Shown: piece by piece, positions 18,684 to 28,328 of the stretch
Layout of the letters: every line of letters begins with the position of its first letter
Position numbering within the stretch: position 1 is the stretch's first letter
Source of the DNA: Phycisphaerae bacterium
GTDB taxonomy: Bacteria; Planctomycetota; Phycisphaerae; UBA1845; Fen-1342
Length of the DNA: 64,000 nucleotides
Direction of reading: 5' to 3'
NCBI GenBank assembly: GCA_963675745.2
Contig: CAXXWX010000010.1
Span: 32,001 to 96,000, forward strand
Made by a program: the position numbers and the translations under genes
Notes under the pieces: generated by a model
Seen by the model: the letters and a program-made list of their open reading frames with translations, nothing else
Database searches by the model: none
Told to the model about the DNA's origin: nothing

Positions 18684-19169
18684 TCAGTCGACGATCAGTC
18701 CGTTCACGCTCACGACAACGCCGAACCCGTCGCCGTCGCCGATGAACTGAAAGACGATCGTGTCGCCGCAATCGAACTCCTTGTCACGGCGGAGTATCTC
18801 CGTAACGCGCGCGTCGGCGAATGCGCCGAAGATGTCACGTTGCTCGGCGCCGTCGCTGAAAACCAGGCCGAGCTCATCGCAGTCGAACCGGAAGCTGATG
18901 TACTCACCAGCGGCGAGTCGGCCGGTGGCCAGCTCATCTCCGCCAAAAACGCCAGCCAGGAAGGCGTCAAAGCTGTTGTCGGATTCGTCATAGCGAATAT
19001 GCGGGTCAACCGTGAAGTTCGTGTCGTTATAGACTTCGACGACGATCCCGCCGGACGACCCCAGGTTACCCAGGGCGCCTATGACGGCGTCCTGCAATCC
19101 GCTCGGACATCCGCCGATAGAGAACAGAGCCAGAGCGATAACGGTGCAGCGTGTGTGAAACCGGTTCAT
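18684..19169 (-). CDS. Hypothetical lipoprotein
   Basis: Lipobox SIGGC; Cys pair in FDCDEL / FDCGDTI. Confidence 0.65.
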   Translation of the reverse strand: MNRFHTRCTVIALALFSIGGCPSGLQDAVIGALGNLGSSGGIVVEVYNDTNFTVDPHIRYDESDNSFDAFLAGVFGGDELATGRLAAGEYISFRFDCDELGLVFSDGAEQRDIFGAFADARVTEILRRDKEFDCGDTIVFQFIGDGDGFGVVVSVNGLIVD

Positions 19170-19345
19170 GGTTGAATGTCCTCGACGGCAATGGACCCTG
19201 ATCGGATTCGACGTCATACTGCCGCGGCCGAGCGTATCGGGCGACGATACCGGCTGATTCTTCCTTGTTCGCCGGCTGCGGCAGTCTAGCGTTGGTAGCG
19301 GCGTACCACAATGGTAGACCACGCCGCACACAGTGAGGTTTGCGG

Positions 19346-20680
19346 ATGGCCTTGATGATTTCGGTGAGCGGAGTGCGCGGGCTCGTGGGCGAGACGTTCA
19401 CACCCGGCGTAGTGCTCCAGTTTGCTCAAGCGTATGGCTCGCTTGTTGACGGCGGACGCATCGCGCTGGGCCGCGACTCGCGCCCGAGTGGGCCGATGTA
19501 TGCCGCCGCCGTGACCGCCGGACTCTTGTCGGCCGGTTGCTCGGTGACCGATTGCGGCGTTGTCATGACGCCCACTTTGGGGCGCGCGATTCGGGATGGG
19601 CAATTCGACGGCGGTCTGATGATCACCGCCAGCCACAATCCCGGCCAGTGGAACGGTCTGAAGTTTCTTGACTCCCTCGGGCTGGCGCCCGACCCGCAGC
19701 AGGTTGCGCGCATCAACGAGCTTCGCGACAGGGGGGGATCCCGCAGCATCAAGACCGGCTTTACGGTGCCCGACTCTGATGATGACGCCGGCGCACGCCA
19801 TGTGGCGGCCGTGCTCGAGGCCGTCGAGGTCGATCTCAGTTCGTTGAAGGGCACGCGTGTGGTGCTTGACAGCATCAACGGCGCCGGATGCCGGCACTCG
19901 CCAGAGATGCTGGCGCGCATGGGATGCGACGTAATTCATCTGAATGGACGACCGACGGGCGAGTTCGCCCACCCGCCGGAGCCCATACGCGAGAACCTCG
20001 CCGACACGTGCCGCGCCGTCCGAGAGGCGCAAGCGGCAATCGGGTTTGTCCAGGATCCTGACGCGGATCGGCTGGCGATCATCGATGAAACGGGGAACTT
20101 CATCGGCGAAGAATACACGCTGGCCCTCGCGCTGGAGTCGGTGCTGGCGCGCCGCACCGGGCCGGTGGCCGCGAACCTGAGTTCGTCGCGCATGATTGAT
20201 GACATAGCGGCCAGGTACGGCGCACCGGTCACGCGAACGCCGGTCGGCGAGAGCCATGTGGCGCGGGCGCTGCTGGCGGCCAAGGGCGTGCTCGGTGGCG
20301 AGGGCAACGGCGGCGTGATCGACCCGCGCATCTCGCCGGTGCGCGACAGTCTCTCGGCCATGAGCATGGTGCTGCAACTGATGGCGACCACGGGCAAGTC
20401 GATCACACAGCTTGTCGCCGACCTGCCGGTTTATGCCATCATCAAAGAGAAGGTCGAGTGCCCGCGCGAGCGGATCGTGGAAGCGGTCGACGCGGTGGGG
20501 CGGCGCTTCGCCGGCGAAAAGCTGAACCGCGTCGACGGTGTGCGCGTCGATTTCGCCGATGGCTGGGTGCATCTCCGCGCGTCAAACACCGAACCGATTG
20601 TGCGCATTATGGGGGAAGCCAAGGATGCGGCGGCCGCCGCCGCGCTGCTTGCGAGTGTGCGGGAGGCCGCGGGAATCTAG
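19346..20680 (+). CDS. glmM: Phosphohexomutase (phosphoglucosamine mutase-like)
   Basis: SVSGVRG, GRDSR, ITASHNP, DPDADR, GGEGNGG, RASNTEP. Exact substrate (GlmM versus PMM/PGM) is not certain. Confidence 0.8.
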   Translation: MALMISVSGVRGLVGETFTPGVVLQFAQAYGSLVDGGRIALGRDSRPSGPMYAAAVTAGLLSAGCSVTDCGVVMTPTLGRAIRDGQFDGGLMITASHNPGQWNGLKFLDSLGLAPDPQQVARINELRDRGGSRSIKTGFTVPDSDDDAGARHVAAVLEAVEVDLSSLKGTRVVLDSINGAGCRHSPEMLARMGCDVIHLNGRPTGEFAHPPEPIRENLADTCRAVREAQAAIGFVQDPDADRLAIIDETGNFIGEEYTLALALESVLARRTGPVAANLSSSRMIDDIAARYGAPVTRTPVGESHVARALLAAKGVLGGEGNGGVIDPRISPVRDSLSAMSMVLQLMATTGKSITQLVADLPVYAIIKEKVECPRERIVEAVDAVGRRFAGEKLNRVDGVRVDFADGWVHLRASNTEPIVRIMGEAKDAAAAAALLASVREAAGI

Positions 20681-20826
20681 CGTCGTGGCTGGGCGGCGCG
20701 ACCCGGCCACCTGGTGGCGGAACACAAGGACGTGTGCGGAGAAAACGAACCGAAGCTCAGCGCCGAGCGGTCCGATGCCCGTCGGCGATGTCCATATCCA
20801 CAAATCACCTGACCAGGTGTGAAACC

Positions 20827-23385
20827 ATGCAGCAGAACATACGCACTTTTGTGGTAATCCCCTCGCTTCCTGAAGAGCTCGAGCCGCTGCGCCAACTGGC
20901 GTACAACATGTGGTGGACATGGTCCCCGGGCGCGATTGACCTGTTCCGCCGCCTGGATGTCGACCTGTGGGAGGAGGTCGGCCACAGTCCGGTGGCGCTG
21001 TTGTGGCGGATCGGGCAGAAGCGTCTGGAGGAGGCGGCGCGCGACAAGGCCTATACGGCGCAGCTCTGCCGCGTGGCTGACCAGTTTTATATCTACCGCC
21101 ACGGGCGCACCTGGTACGACGAGCACTATTCCGACCAGCAGCCGACGACGATCGCATACTTCTCCGCCGAGTTCGGCTTGCACGAGTGCCTGCCGATTTA
21201 CTCGGGCGGTTTGGGTGTGCTGGCCGGCGATCATCTCAAATCGGCATCCGACCTGGGGATCCCGCTGGTGGCTGTCGGCCTGATGTACCGTAGCGGGTAC
21301 TTCGAACAGCAGCTCACCGAGGACGGTTGGCAACTCGAGGTCTTTGCCGACCATGACTTTCACCAGTGGCCGGCCACCCCGGTCCTGAACGACGATGGTC
21401 GCCCGTTGGGAATCGAAGTTCGGATCGGCCAACAGGTGCTGAAGGCTCACATCTGGCTGGTACACGTGGGGCGCGTGTCGCTCTATCTGCTCGACGCGGA
21501 TATCCCCGGTAACCCGCCCGAGCTGCGCACCATTACTTCACGGCTGTACGGCGGAGATACCGAGCTGCGTATCCGGCAGGAAGTCCTGCTGGGTATCGGC
21601 GGCCTGCGCGCTTTACGCGCCCTGGGGATCAAGCCGTCCGTCTGCCACATGAATGAGGGACACGCCGCGTTTCTGGCCCTGGAGCGCATCCGCGAGGTGA
21701 TGAAAGACGAGCACCTCAGCTACGATGAGGCGCGTGAGGCGGTTACCGGCGGGAATGTCTTCACCACGCACACGCCCGTGCCGGCGGGTATCGACCGCTT
21801 CGAGTCATCGCTCGTTGAGCGTCACTTGGGCTGGATGGCCAAAGAGCTGGGGATTTCCAACCAGGACCTGCTGCGCCTCGGGCGCGAGGCGCACGATCAG
21901 GAGCACGGTGCCTTCTGCATGCCACTGCTCGCGCTGCGCACCGCCTACCGCAGCAACGGCGTCAGCGCGCTGCACGGTGAGGTCGCCCGCAGCATGTGGC
22001 GCAGTTGCTGGCCGGGCATTCCCGCCGAAGAAGTTCCCATCAAGCACGTCACAAACGGCATTCACCTTCAGTTCTGGACAAGCCCGCAGATGGCGGAGTT
22101 GCTCGACCAGTACCTGGGACCGACCTGGTCCGATGAGCCTGATGATCCGGCCAACTGGAAGCGTGTCGACGACATCCCGGACACGGAGTTGTGGCGAGTG
22201 CACGAGCGTCGCCGCGAGCGCATGATTGCCGAGGTTCGCATGCGGTTGCGCAACCAACTGAAACGGCGTGGCGCGCCGCCGGCCGAGACGCGCGCCGCCG
22301 AGGAAGTCCTCGACCCCGAGGCGCTGACGATCGGCTTCGGGCGCCGCTTTGCTCCTTACAAACGGGCGACTTTGTTGTTTCGGGATCTGGATCGGTTGCG
22401 GGCCCTGGTTGCCAGCAACGAACGCCCCGTGCAGTTCATCTTTGCCGGCAAGGCCCATCCGGCGGACGGGGGTGGCAAGGAACTGATCAAGGAAGTGGCC
22501 GGTGTGTGCAAGCGGCCGGAGTTCCGGCGCAAGATCGTTTTCCTTGAGAATTACGATATGGCTCTGGCCCGCAAGCTCGTGCGGGGTGTCGACGTGTGGC
22601 TGAACAACCCGTTGCGGCTGCACGAGGCCAGCGGCACCAGCGGGATGAAGGTGATCGCCAACGGCGGACTGCACCTTTCGTGCCTTGACGGTTGGTGGCC
22701 GGAGGCCTTTGACGGCGACAACGGCTGGGCCATTGGCGGCGGACGCCTGTTCGACGATCTGACCTACCAGGACCACGTCGAGAGCGAGTCGCTGTATAAC
22801 CTGCTCGAACGCGAAATCGTCCCGCTGTTTTATGACCGGTCCGCCGACAATGTTCCCCGTCGATGGGTCGGGCGTATGAAGGCCTCGTTGCGCACGCTGT
22901 GTCCGACTTTCAACACGCACCGCATGCTGAAAGACTACAACCATGATTACTATCAGCCGGCGATCGCGCGACACGCCGCCTTGACGGCTGATGGCTTCGC
23001 GCTCACCCGCCGCCTGACCGCCTGGAAACAGCAGTTGCGCGGGCGCTGGCATGATGTGCGAATTGTCGAAGTCTGGTCGGAGCCGGCGGATGTGCTCAAG
23101 GTCGGCGATGAATTGCCGCTGCGCGCCAAAGTGCAGCTCGGCGAAATCTCCCCCGACAACGTCATGGTCGAGGTCTACTACGGACCGGTCAGCATCGATG
23201 GGGAGATCGTGGACGGCAGCAAGGTCCCGCTGGTGCACACCGAGGCGACGGAGTCCGGCGAGCACGTCTTTACCGGGGCCGTGCCGTGCATAAGCAGCGG
23301 GCGTTTCGGGTACGCCGTCCGCGTCGTGCCGGAGCATGAGGATCTGGACGACCGCTATGTCCAGGGCCTGGTGGCCTGGGGCTAG
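20827..23385 (+). CDS. glgP: Alpha-glucan (glycogen/maltodextrin) phosphorylase
   Basis: YFSAEFG, YSGGLGVLAGDHLK, HMNEGHAAF, FAGKAHP, EASGTSGMK. Confidence 0.95.
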   Translation: MQQNIRTFVVIPSLPEELEPLRQLAYNMWWTWSPGAIDLFRRLDVDLWEEVGHSPVALLWRIGQKRLEEAARDKAYTAQLCRVADQFYIYRHGRTWYDEHYSDQQPTTIAYFSAEFGLHECLPIYSGGLGVLAGDHLKSASDLGIPLVAVGLMYRSGYFEQQLTEDGWQLEVFADHDFHQWPATPVLNDDGRPLGIEVRIGQQVLKAHIWLVHVGRVSLYLLDADIPGNPPELRTITSRLYGGDTELRIRQEVLLGIGGLRALRALGIKPSVCHMNEGHAAFLALERIREVMKDEHLSYDEAREAVTGGNVFTTHTPVPAGIDRFESSLVERHLGWMAKELGISNQDLLRLGREAHDQEHGAFCMPLLALRTAYRSNGVSALHGEVARSMWRSCWPGIPAEEVPIKHVTNGIHLQFWTSPQMAELLDQYLGPTWSDEPDDPANWKRVDDIPDTELWRVHERRRERMIAEVRMRLRNQLKRRGAPPAETRAAEEVLDPEALTIGFGRRFAPYKRATLLFRDLDRLRALVASNERPVQFIFAGKAHPADGGGKELIKEVAGVCKRPEFRRKIVFLENYDMALARKLVRGVDVWLNNPLRLHEASGTSGMKVIANGGLHLSCLDGWWPEAFDGDNGWAIGGGRLFDDLTYQDHVESESLYNLLEREIVPLFYDRSADNVPRRWVGRMKASLRTLCPTFNTHRMLKDYNHDYYQPAIARHAALTADGFALTRRLTAWKQQLRGRWHDVRIVEVWSEPADVLKVGDELPLRAKVQLGEISPDNVMVEVYYGPVSIDGEIVDGSKVPLVHTEATESGEHVFTGAVPCISSGRFGYAVRVVPEHEDLDDRYVQGLVAWG

Positions 23386-23542
23386 CGTCGTTAGCGGTTC
23401 CAGCGCGCACCCGCACAGCTCTGTGGCGACCTGTGCCTTGTAGGCCGTCAGTGCACGATGGTGTCAGCGCGGTCTCTGGTGACGCATTGGCCTCCACGCA
23501 CAGGCTGGTTGCTCGGCGCTGCCAAGTCGCTACGATGCGCGC

Positions 23543-23908
23543 ATGACGGATGCCGAGACGACAGTAGCGCAATTGCGGCAGTTGCTGGCCGAGTTTGTCG
23601 CCGCGCGCGAGTGGCATATCTACCACGATGCCAAGAATCTATCCGCTTCGATCGCGATTGAGGCGGCGGAACTGATGGAGCATTTCCAGTGGGTGCGTAA
23701 CGAGGAAGTTGACGCCCTGCTATCGGACGCCGGCCGGCGCGCGGAAATCCAGGACGAGCTGGCTGATGTGATGTGCTACGTGTTGGCGCTGGCGAATGCG
23801 GTGAACATCGACATATCGGCGGCCGTTGCGTCCAAAATGGCCAAGAACGCGGCGAAATACCCAGTCGCCGAGTTCCGGGGGCGCTATTTCAAGCCCAATT
23901 CCATGTGA
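23543..23908 (+). CDS. MazG-like nucleotide pyrophosphohydrolase (dCTPase-like)
   Basis: REWHIYHDAKNL...IEAAELMEHFQW...DELADV...KMAKNAAKYP. Confidence 0.9.
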   Translation: MTDAETTVAQLRQLLAEFVAAREWHIYHDAKNLSASIAIEAAELMEHFQWVRNEEVDALLSDAGRRAEIQDELADVMCYVLALANAVNIDISAAVASKMAKNAAKYPVAEFRGRYFKPNSM

Positions 23909-24290
23909 ACGGCCCGGAAGCGTGGCCGCCGCGGCGCCGGAGGCGGTTCCGCCGCGGCGTCTGACGCCGTTTTGTTGGGCCGTGATTGGCGTTGATGCGC
24001 TGGTGTTGGGTGGCCGGCCGTGTTAGAATCTAGGTGTAGTGTATCGTGTGAGGTTATGCTGGCACCGGGAGTGCCGTCGTGATCGTACAGGTCTCAACTG
24101 CGCAAGCTGCAAATCTTTGCGAATACTTGGTGAGAATCGGATTGAGCATTTGCAGCAGTTTGGTACGCTTCGGCTGTGTGGATGATCCGCGGGGAGGATT
24201 CGGCAGCGCCGGCTTGGGCTGCGCTGCGGTCCGAACGGAATAACCGGCGGCAAACGAACCGGCGTTCGACTGTCGCGAAGAGAGAGTTCA

Positions 24291-24632
24291 TTGGGAAGCC
24301 AAGGCAAGAAGACTGTCATAGCAGGTGTGCTGATCGTGGTGGCCGTGGGAGCGTATTTCCTGGTTGGTCGCAAGGACAAGGTTCTCACGTCGAGTGTGAA
24401 TTTTGTGTGCGTGGCGACGGGAAAGACGTTTGACATTGATCGGAACAAGGTCAATTACCTGCCCTGGAAGAACCCTTCCACCGGCGAGAAGACCCTGCTG
24501 CCGTGTGTCAAACGTGACGGCAAGCTCTTTGTCACCGAGCACACCGGGCGCCTATTGTCGGAAGATGAGTATCTTCGAAAGGTGAACAAACATGTCGATC
24601 CGCGAACGCTCGAAGTTCGGCCGCAGCCGTAG
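24291..24632 (+). CDS. Small membrane-anchored hypothetical protein with Cys motifs
   Basis: N-terminal TM helix; FVCVATGKTF and NPSTGEKTLLPC; overlaps the next gene. Confidence 0.65.
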   Translation: MGSQGKKTVIAGVLIVVAVGAYFLVGRKDKVLTSSVNFVCVATGKTFDIDRNKVNYLPWKNPSTGEKTLLPCVKRDGKLFVTEHTGRLLSEDEYLRKVNKHVDPRTLEVRPQP

Positions 24633-25722
24633 TTGCTCGGCCACGCACACACCTGGTTGGCGCGAGGCCTTTACGCTGATTGAGTTGCTGGTCGTGGTGG
24701 CGATTCTGGCGCTACTCATGTCCATTCTGCTGCCAAGTCTCAGATGTGCCCGCGAATCGGCGCGCAAGGTGGTGTGCGGGACGACGCTGAACGGTTTTGG
24801 CAAGTCGCTGGCCCTTTACATTAACGACAACGACGACTGGTTCCCCGGCATCAACACCACGGGGGCGGCGCTGATGGTGAAGCAGTTCAGCGGCAACGCT
24901 GATCCGGACAAGATCCGCGATCCCAACCTGCCGGTTCAGACTTTCGACTGGATCACCCCGCTCGTGCGCTACAGCGAGGGCGGCCTGCCCGCGAATCGGG
25001 GCGAGCGATGGGAGCATATCTGGCAGAAACGCTATGCCTGCCCCTCGCGCGGAGCCCTGAAGTCGGTCATCTACGACATCAACGGCCTGCCGGACGAGGA
25101 GGACTTCGAGGACATCGAGTGGAAAGCGTGCAGTTACCTGATGCCCGCCTATTTCTCATACTGGGGCGACCAGGTCACGCGCCAGACACCGCGCATGGAG
25201 ATGATGAACAGCGCGATCCCGATCTTCACACCGCAGGATAACTGGAATGTCCGCAGCGTTAGCTTTTTCAGCCGCATGGATCGCGTCGGTGGCGCCGGGC
25301 TGAAGGTCTTCGCCGCCGACGGGACGCGCTACCTGCCGGCCAACGACGAGCCGCTCGACCACCAGGCTACTCCCTGGGCGTTTACATTCGGCGCATTCAC
25401 CAGCGGCGGGGCTTGGTGGGCCGGATCGACGGCGTATGGCGTCGGGGCCGGCTCGCAGAACTGGGATGGCACCACGATGAATGAGGGCAGCCCGGCCGAC
25501 GGTGCCAACTTGGCGATGTCATATCGGCACGGTTGCGGCGAGTCCGGTACTTCCGCCCGCAGCAACGGCGGCAAGATCAACGCCCTGTTCTTCGATGGCC
25601 ATGTGAGCGCCATGGGCGATCGCGAGTCGCGATCAATAACCCTCTGGTATCCCACCGGGTCGATTGTACGCAGCAACACTAACGGCCTGACCGATGTCGA
25701 GAACGGCTTCGTGATTCCGTAG
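24592..25722 (+). CDS. Prepilin-type N-terminal cleavage/methylation protein with H-X9-DG C-terminal motif (planctomycete DUF1559-like)
   Basis: AFTLIELLVVVAILALLMSILLPSL..ARE; YRH...INALFFDGHV. Confidence 0.9.
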   Translation: MSIRERSKFGRSRSCSATHTPGWREAFTLIELLVVVAILALLMSILLPSLRCARESARKVVCGTTLNGFGKSLALYINDNDDWFPGINTTGAALMVKQFSGNADPDKIRDPNLPVQTFDWITPLVRYSEGGLPANRGERWEHIWQKRYACPSRGALKSVIYDINGLPDEEDFEDIEWKACSYLMPAYFSYWGDQVTRQTPRMEMMNSAIPIFTPQDNWNVRSVSFFSRMDRVGGAGLKVFAADGTRYLPANDEPLDHQATPWAFTFGAFTSGGAWWAGSTAYGVGAGSQNWDGTTMNEGSPADGANLAMSYRHGCGESGTSARSNGGKINALFFDGHVSAMGDRESRSITLWYPTGSIVRSNTNGLTDVENGFVIP

Positions 25723-26066
25723 CACGGATGCGGCGGTCTGGGCGGGCCGCGAGGTAAGGGGAATATCAACTCGGTGCCTGGCTGAGCATCAGCCAGGTGC
25801 CAGCGTCAGGTGGAAGGAAGCCGCTGGCACGCAACTATTCGCGGTCTCGAGTAATGTCGGGGCCGAACAGGATGAGCACCAACCACCACCGCGTCGGGCA
25901 CGCGGATGAACTGGTCGGGTTTTAACGTCGCGATGGCTGACGGCGCGGCGTAGAGCAGGTAAATGCCTCGGCTAGCGAGAGCCACCGGCTCATAGACAAT
26001 TCGTGAGGGTTTGGCACCGGTAACGTCCTGGAACGTTGGAGCGGAAAGAGAAAAGGAGATTGAGTT

Positions 26067-28088
26067 ATGAAGCGAGTCCTAGGTCTAACGGTAATCGTCC
26101 TATTGGCGATGCCAGCGATAGCACAGGATAGTGTCGGCACGGGGGGTCTCCCGGGCGATGCACTGTCCCCGTACAGCACAGCTAATCAGTGTTTCGAGTA
26201 CGACATCACCATGACGCCTTTCCAGGCCTCGTGGGGCACCGAGTTTGCCATTTGCCCGCTGATCAAGGCCAGCAAAGGGGATCCCAACTACTTCAACAAC
26301 TTCCTGTCCGCCCAGTCACTAAGTCGGCTGCAGTTCTTCGGCGACGGATCTAACCAGTTTGCGGCGACGGCGGCGGAGTTCGGCGGTAATTACAACGGCG
26401 TCCTCGGCGGCATCGTTACGTACGATCTCTCTAATCCGCTCGCCCTGCACGTCAAACGCGTGGTGGCGGCCAGCAACGGCACAAACAACACCGAGAATTT
26501 CGCCGACCTCGGTATTGGGACGGTGGACGAGTACGGCAACGTGTGCTTCCGCTCAGATACGGGTCAGTACACCCCTAACAACATTTTCCTCGTCGACATG
26601 GCCGCGCGCAACTGCGGAGTACTGAACGTCATCGGCGGCACGTTGGACGCGCCCGCGACCAACCAGATTGTCACCAACCATGCCAGTGTCCACACCACGC
26701 CAAACATCGGGCCGGCCGGGCTGTTCGGTAGTGCTCACTACCTCGGCGCCAATTTCGATGGCAACTACGGCTACGGCATCACGAATCCGCCGACCTACAC
26801 GAGTGCCCACCTGGATCCGAACGTAACGTCCACACGTGGCAACATGGCGTACATGACGCAGAGCCATCCCTGCCTCGGCGGAACCCATGGAACCGGCGCT
26901 CTGTTGGCCTATGTCGAGACGAGCGCCGCCTGCGACACGTTCAACCTCTGGGGCATCAACGCCGGCGGTGCCGTCGCCCTCACCCCCGGCCCGAAGGCCC
27001 TGACGCTACCGGCGACGATCACCGACTATGCCGACAGCGTCACCAAGACCGTCGGCGGGGCGGGGTTTGACCACTACCACAGCCAGGTGGCTTTCCGCGG
27101 TGGTAATGCCCAGATCGGGATGAACGTGGATCAGCAGGGTCGCCTGCTGGCGGCCGCGGTTGTGTATGAGCCGTCTGTATTCAACAACAATCCGGTCAAC
27201 TACATCGCCGCCGCGCGTATGGATGCCTTCGACTGCGTCCCCGAGTGGTCGATCGTGGCCTACAGCCGGGCCGACTACTCCGTCCCGGCTCCGGGTAAGG
27301 CGATTCTCGATGGCCCCGGCGGCAACCAGATCGGCTTCCTGACCACGATGGACAACGTCACGGGCGGCACGCCGTTCGGTCCCTCGATAAGCGCTCCGAT
27401 GATCGACTCGGTTGGTAATGTCTGGTTCATCTCCGCAGTCGGCCTCGACAAGCTCGATCCCAATGAGGTGCCGTTCATCGACTATGATTCGGCCCTGATC
27501 CGCGCCGTGTACGATCCGGACGCTGACGGCCTGGGCAACCCCGGCTGGGAGCTCGAGCTCGTCCTCGAACTGGGCGACGTCTTCGAGGGCCTGAATTCCG
27601 GCAAGTACTGGCAGATCCAGTTCATGGGTATTGCCGACAGTGACTCGGTCGATTCGGGTGGCGCGTGGTCCAGTAACATCGCCGAAAAGGCGTTCCTCGG
27701 CGTAGACCCCGTCGGCCTCGAGCCGGCCGATGCGCTCTCGCTCGGCGGATTGGTGGTCAACATCGACATCGTCTACGACGTCGATGAAGACTTCGACTTC
27801 GATGATCCGACGTCCTCGGGTGGTGATCCCAACAGCCTGGACGAGTCCTATCGGGTGCTCGCCTATGTCAGCGCCGCTGTGCCCCCGCAGGTGTGGGATC
27901 CCGGCGACATGAACTGCGACGGCGTCGTCAATAACGGCGACATCGATCCGTTTGTGCTCGCGCTGAACTCGCAGCCCGACTACGAGCTGGCATACCCGGA
28001 TTGCGACTTCAATAACGGCGACATCAACGGCGACGGCTTCGTGAACAACGGTGACATCGACCCGTTTGTCACTTTGCTGAGCAGTTAG
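26067..28088 (+). CDS. Large secreted protein with C-terminal dockerin-like domain
   Basis: Strong SD AAAGGAGA; signal peptide; tail GDMNCDGVVNNGDIDPFV...GDINGDGFVNNGDIDPFV. Confidence 0.85.
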   Translation: MKRVLGLTVIVLLAMPAIAQDSVGTGGLPGDALSPYSTANQCFEYDITMTPFQASWGTEFAICPLIKASKGDPNYFNNFLSAQSLSRLQFFGDGSNQFAATAAEFGGNYNGVLGGIVTYDLSNPLALHVKRVVAASNGTNNTENFADLGIGTVDEYGNVCFRSDTGQYTPNNIFLVDMAARNCGVLNVIGGTLDAPATNQIVTNHASVHTTPNIGPAGLFGSAHYLGANFDGNYGYGITNPPTYTSAHLDPNVTSTRGNMAYMTQSHPCLGGTHGTGALLAYVETSAACDTFNLWGINAGGAVALTPGPKALTLPATITDYADSVTKTVGGAGFDHYHSQVAFRGGNAQIGMNVDQQGRLLAAAVVYEPSVFNNNPVNYIAAARMDAFDCVPEWSIVAYSRADYSVPAPGKAILDGPGGNQIGFLTTMDNVTGGTPFGPSISAPMIDSVGNVWFISAVGLDKLDPNEVPFIDYDSALIRAVYDPDADGLGNPGWELELVLELGDVFEGLNSGKYWQIQFMGIADSDSVDSGGAWSSNIAEKAFLGVDPVGLEPADALSLGGLVVNIDIVYDVDEDFDFDDPTSSGGDPNSLDESYRVLAYVSAAVPPQVWDPGDMNCDGVVNNGDIDPFVLALNSQPDYELAYPDCDFNNGDINGDGFVNNGDIDPFVTLLSS

Positions 28089-28137
28089 TCCGCACATTGG
28101 TAACACCGCCGCGGATCGCCGCGGCCAGATGACAACA

Positions 28138-28180
28138 GGCGCCGGTCGGCATGTATTTGCCGGCCGGCGTCATATTTTGC
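28138..28180 (+). terminator. Probable intrinsic terminator
   Basis: GGCGCCGGTCGGCA-loop-TGCCGGCCGGCGTC followed by ATATTTT. Confidence 0.5.
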
Positions 28181-28328
28181 TTTCCTGCGTGGCGTGCTTT
28201 GGCAATAATTAGGGTACGTTGGCGAGGCCGCGTCTCTGCATGCCGCGGCGCCCGGCGACTACAATCAGGTTATCGAGAATGCCGGGCTTGATTCAGCCAT
28301 GGCAACGTGTTTGGGAGAGACAAAGGAA

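Noticed and set aside
24060..24074. Sigma-54 promoter TGGCACCGGGAGTGC upstream of the prepilin operon
   Set aside because: GG-N10-GC spacing is right, but the -12 element is GTGC and such matches are common in high-GC DNA.
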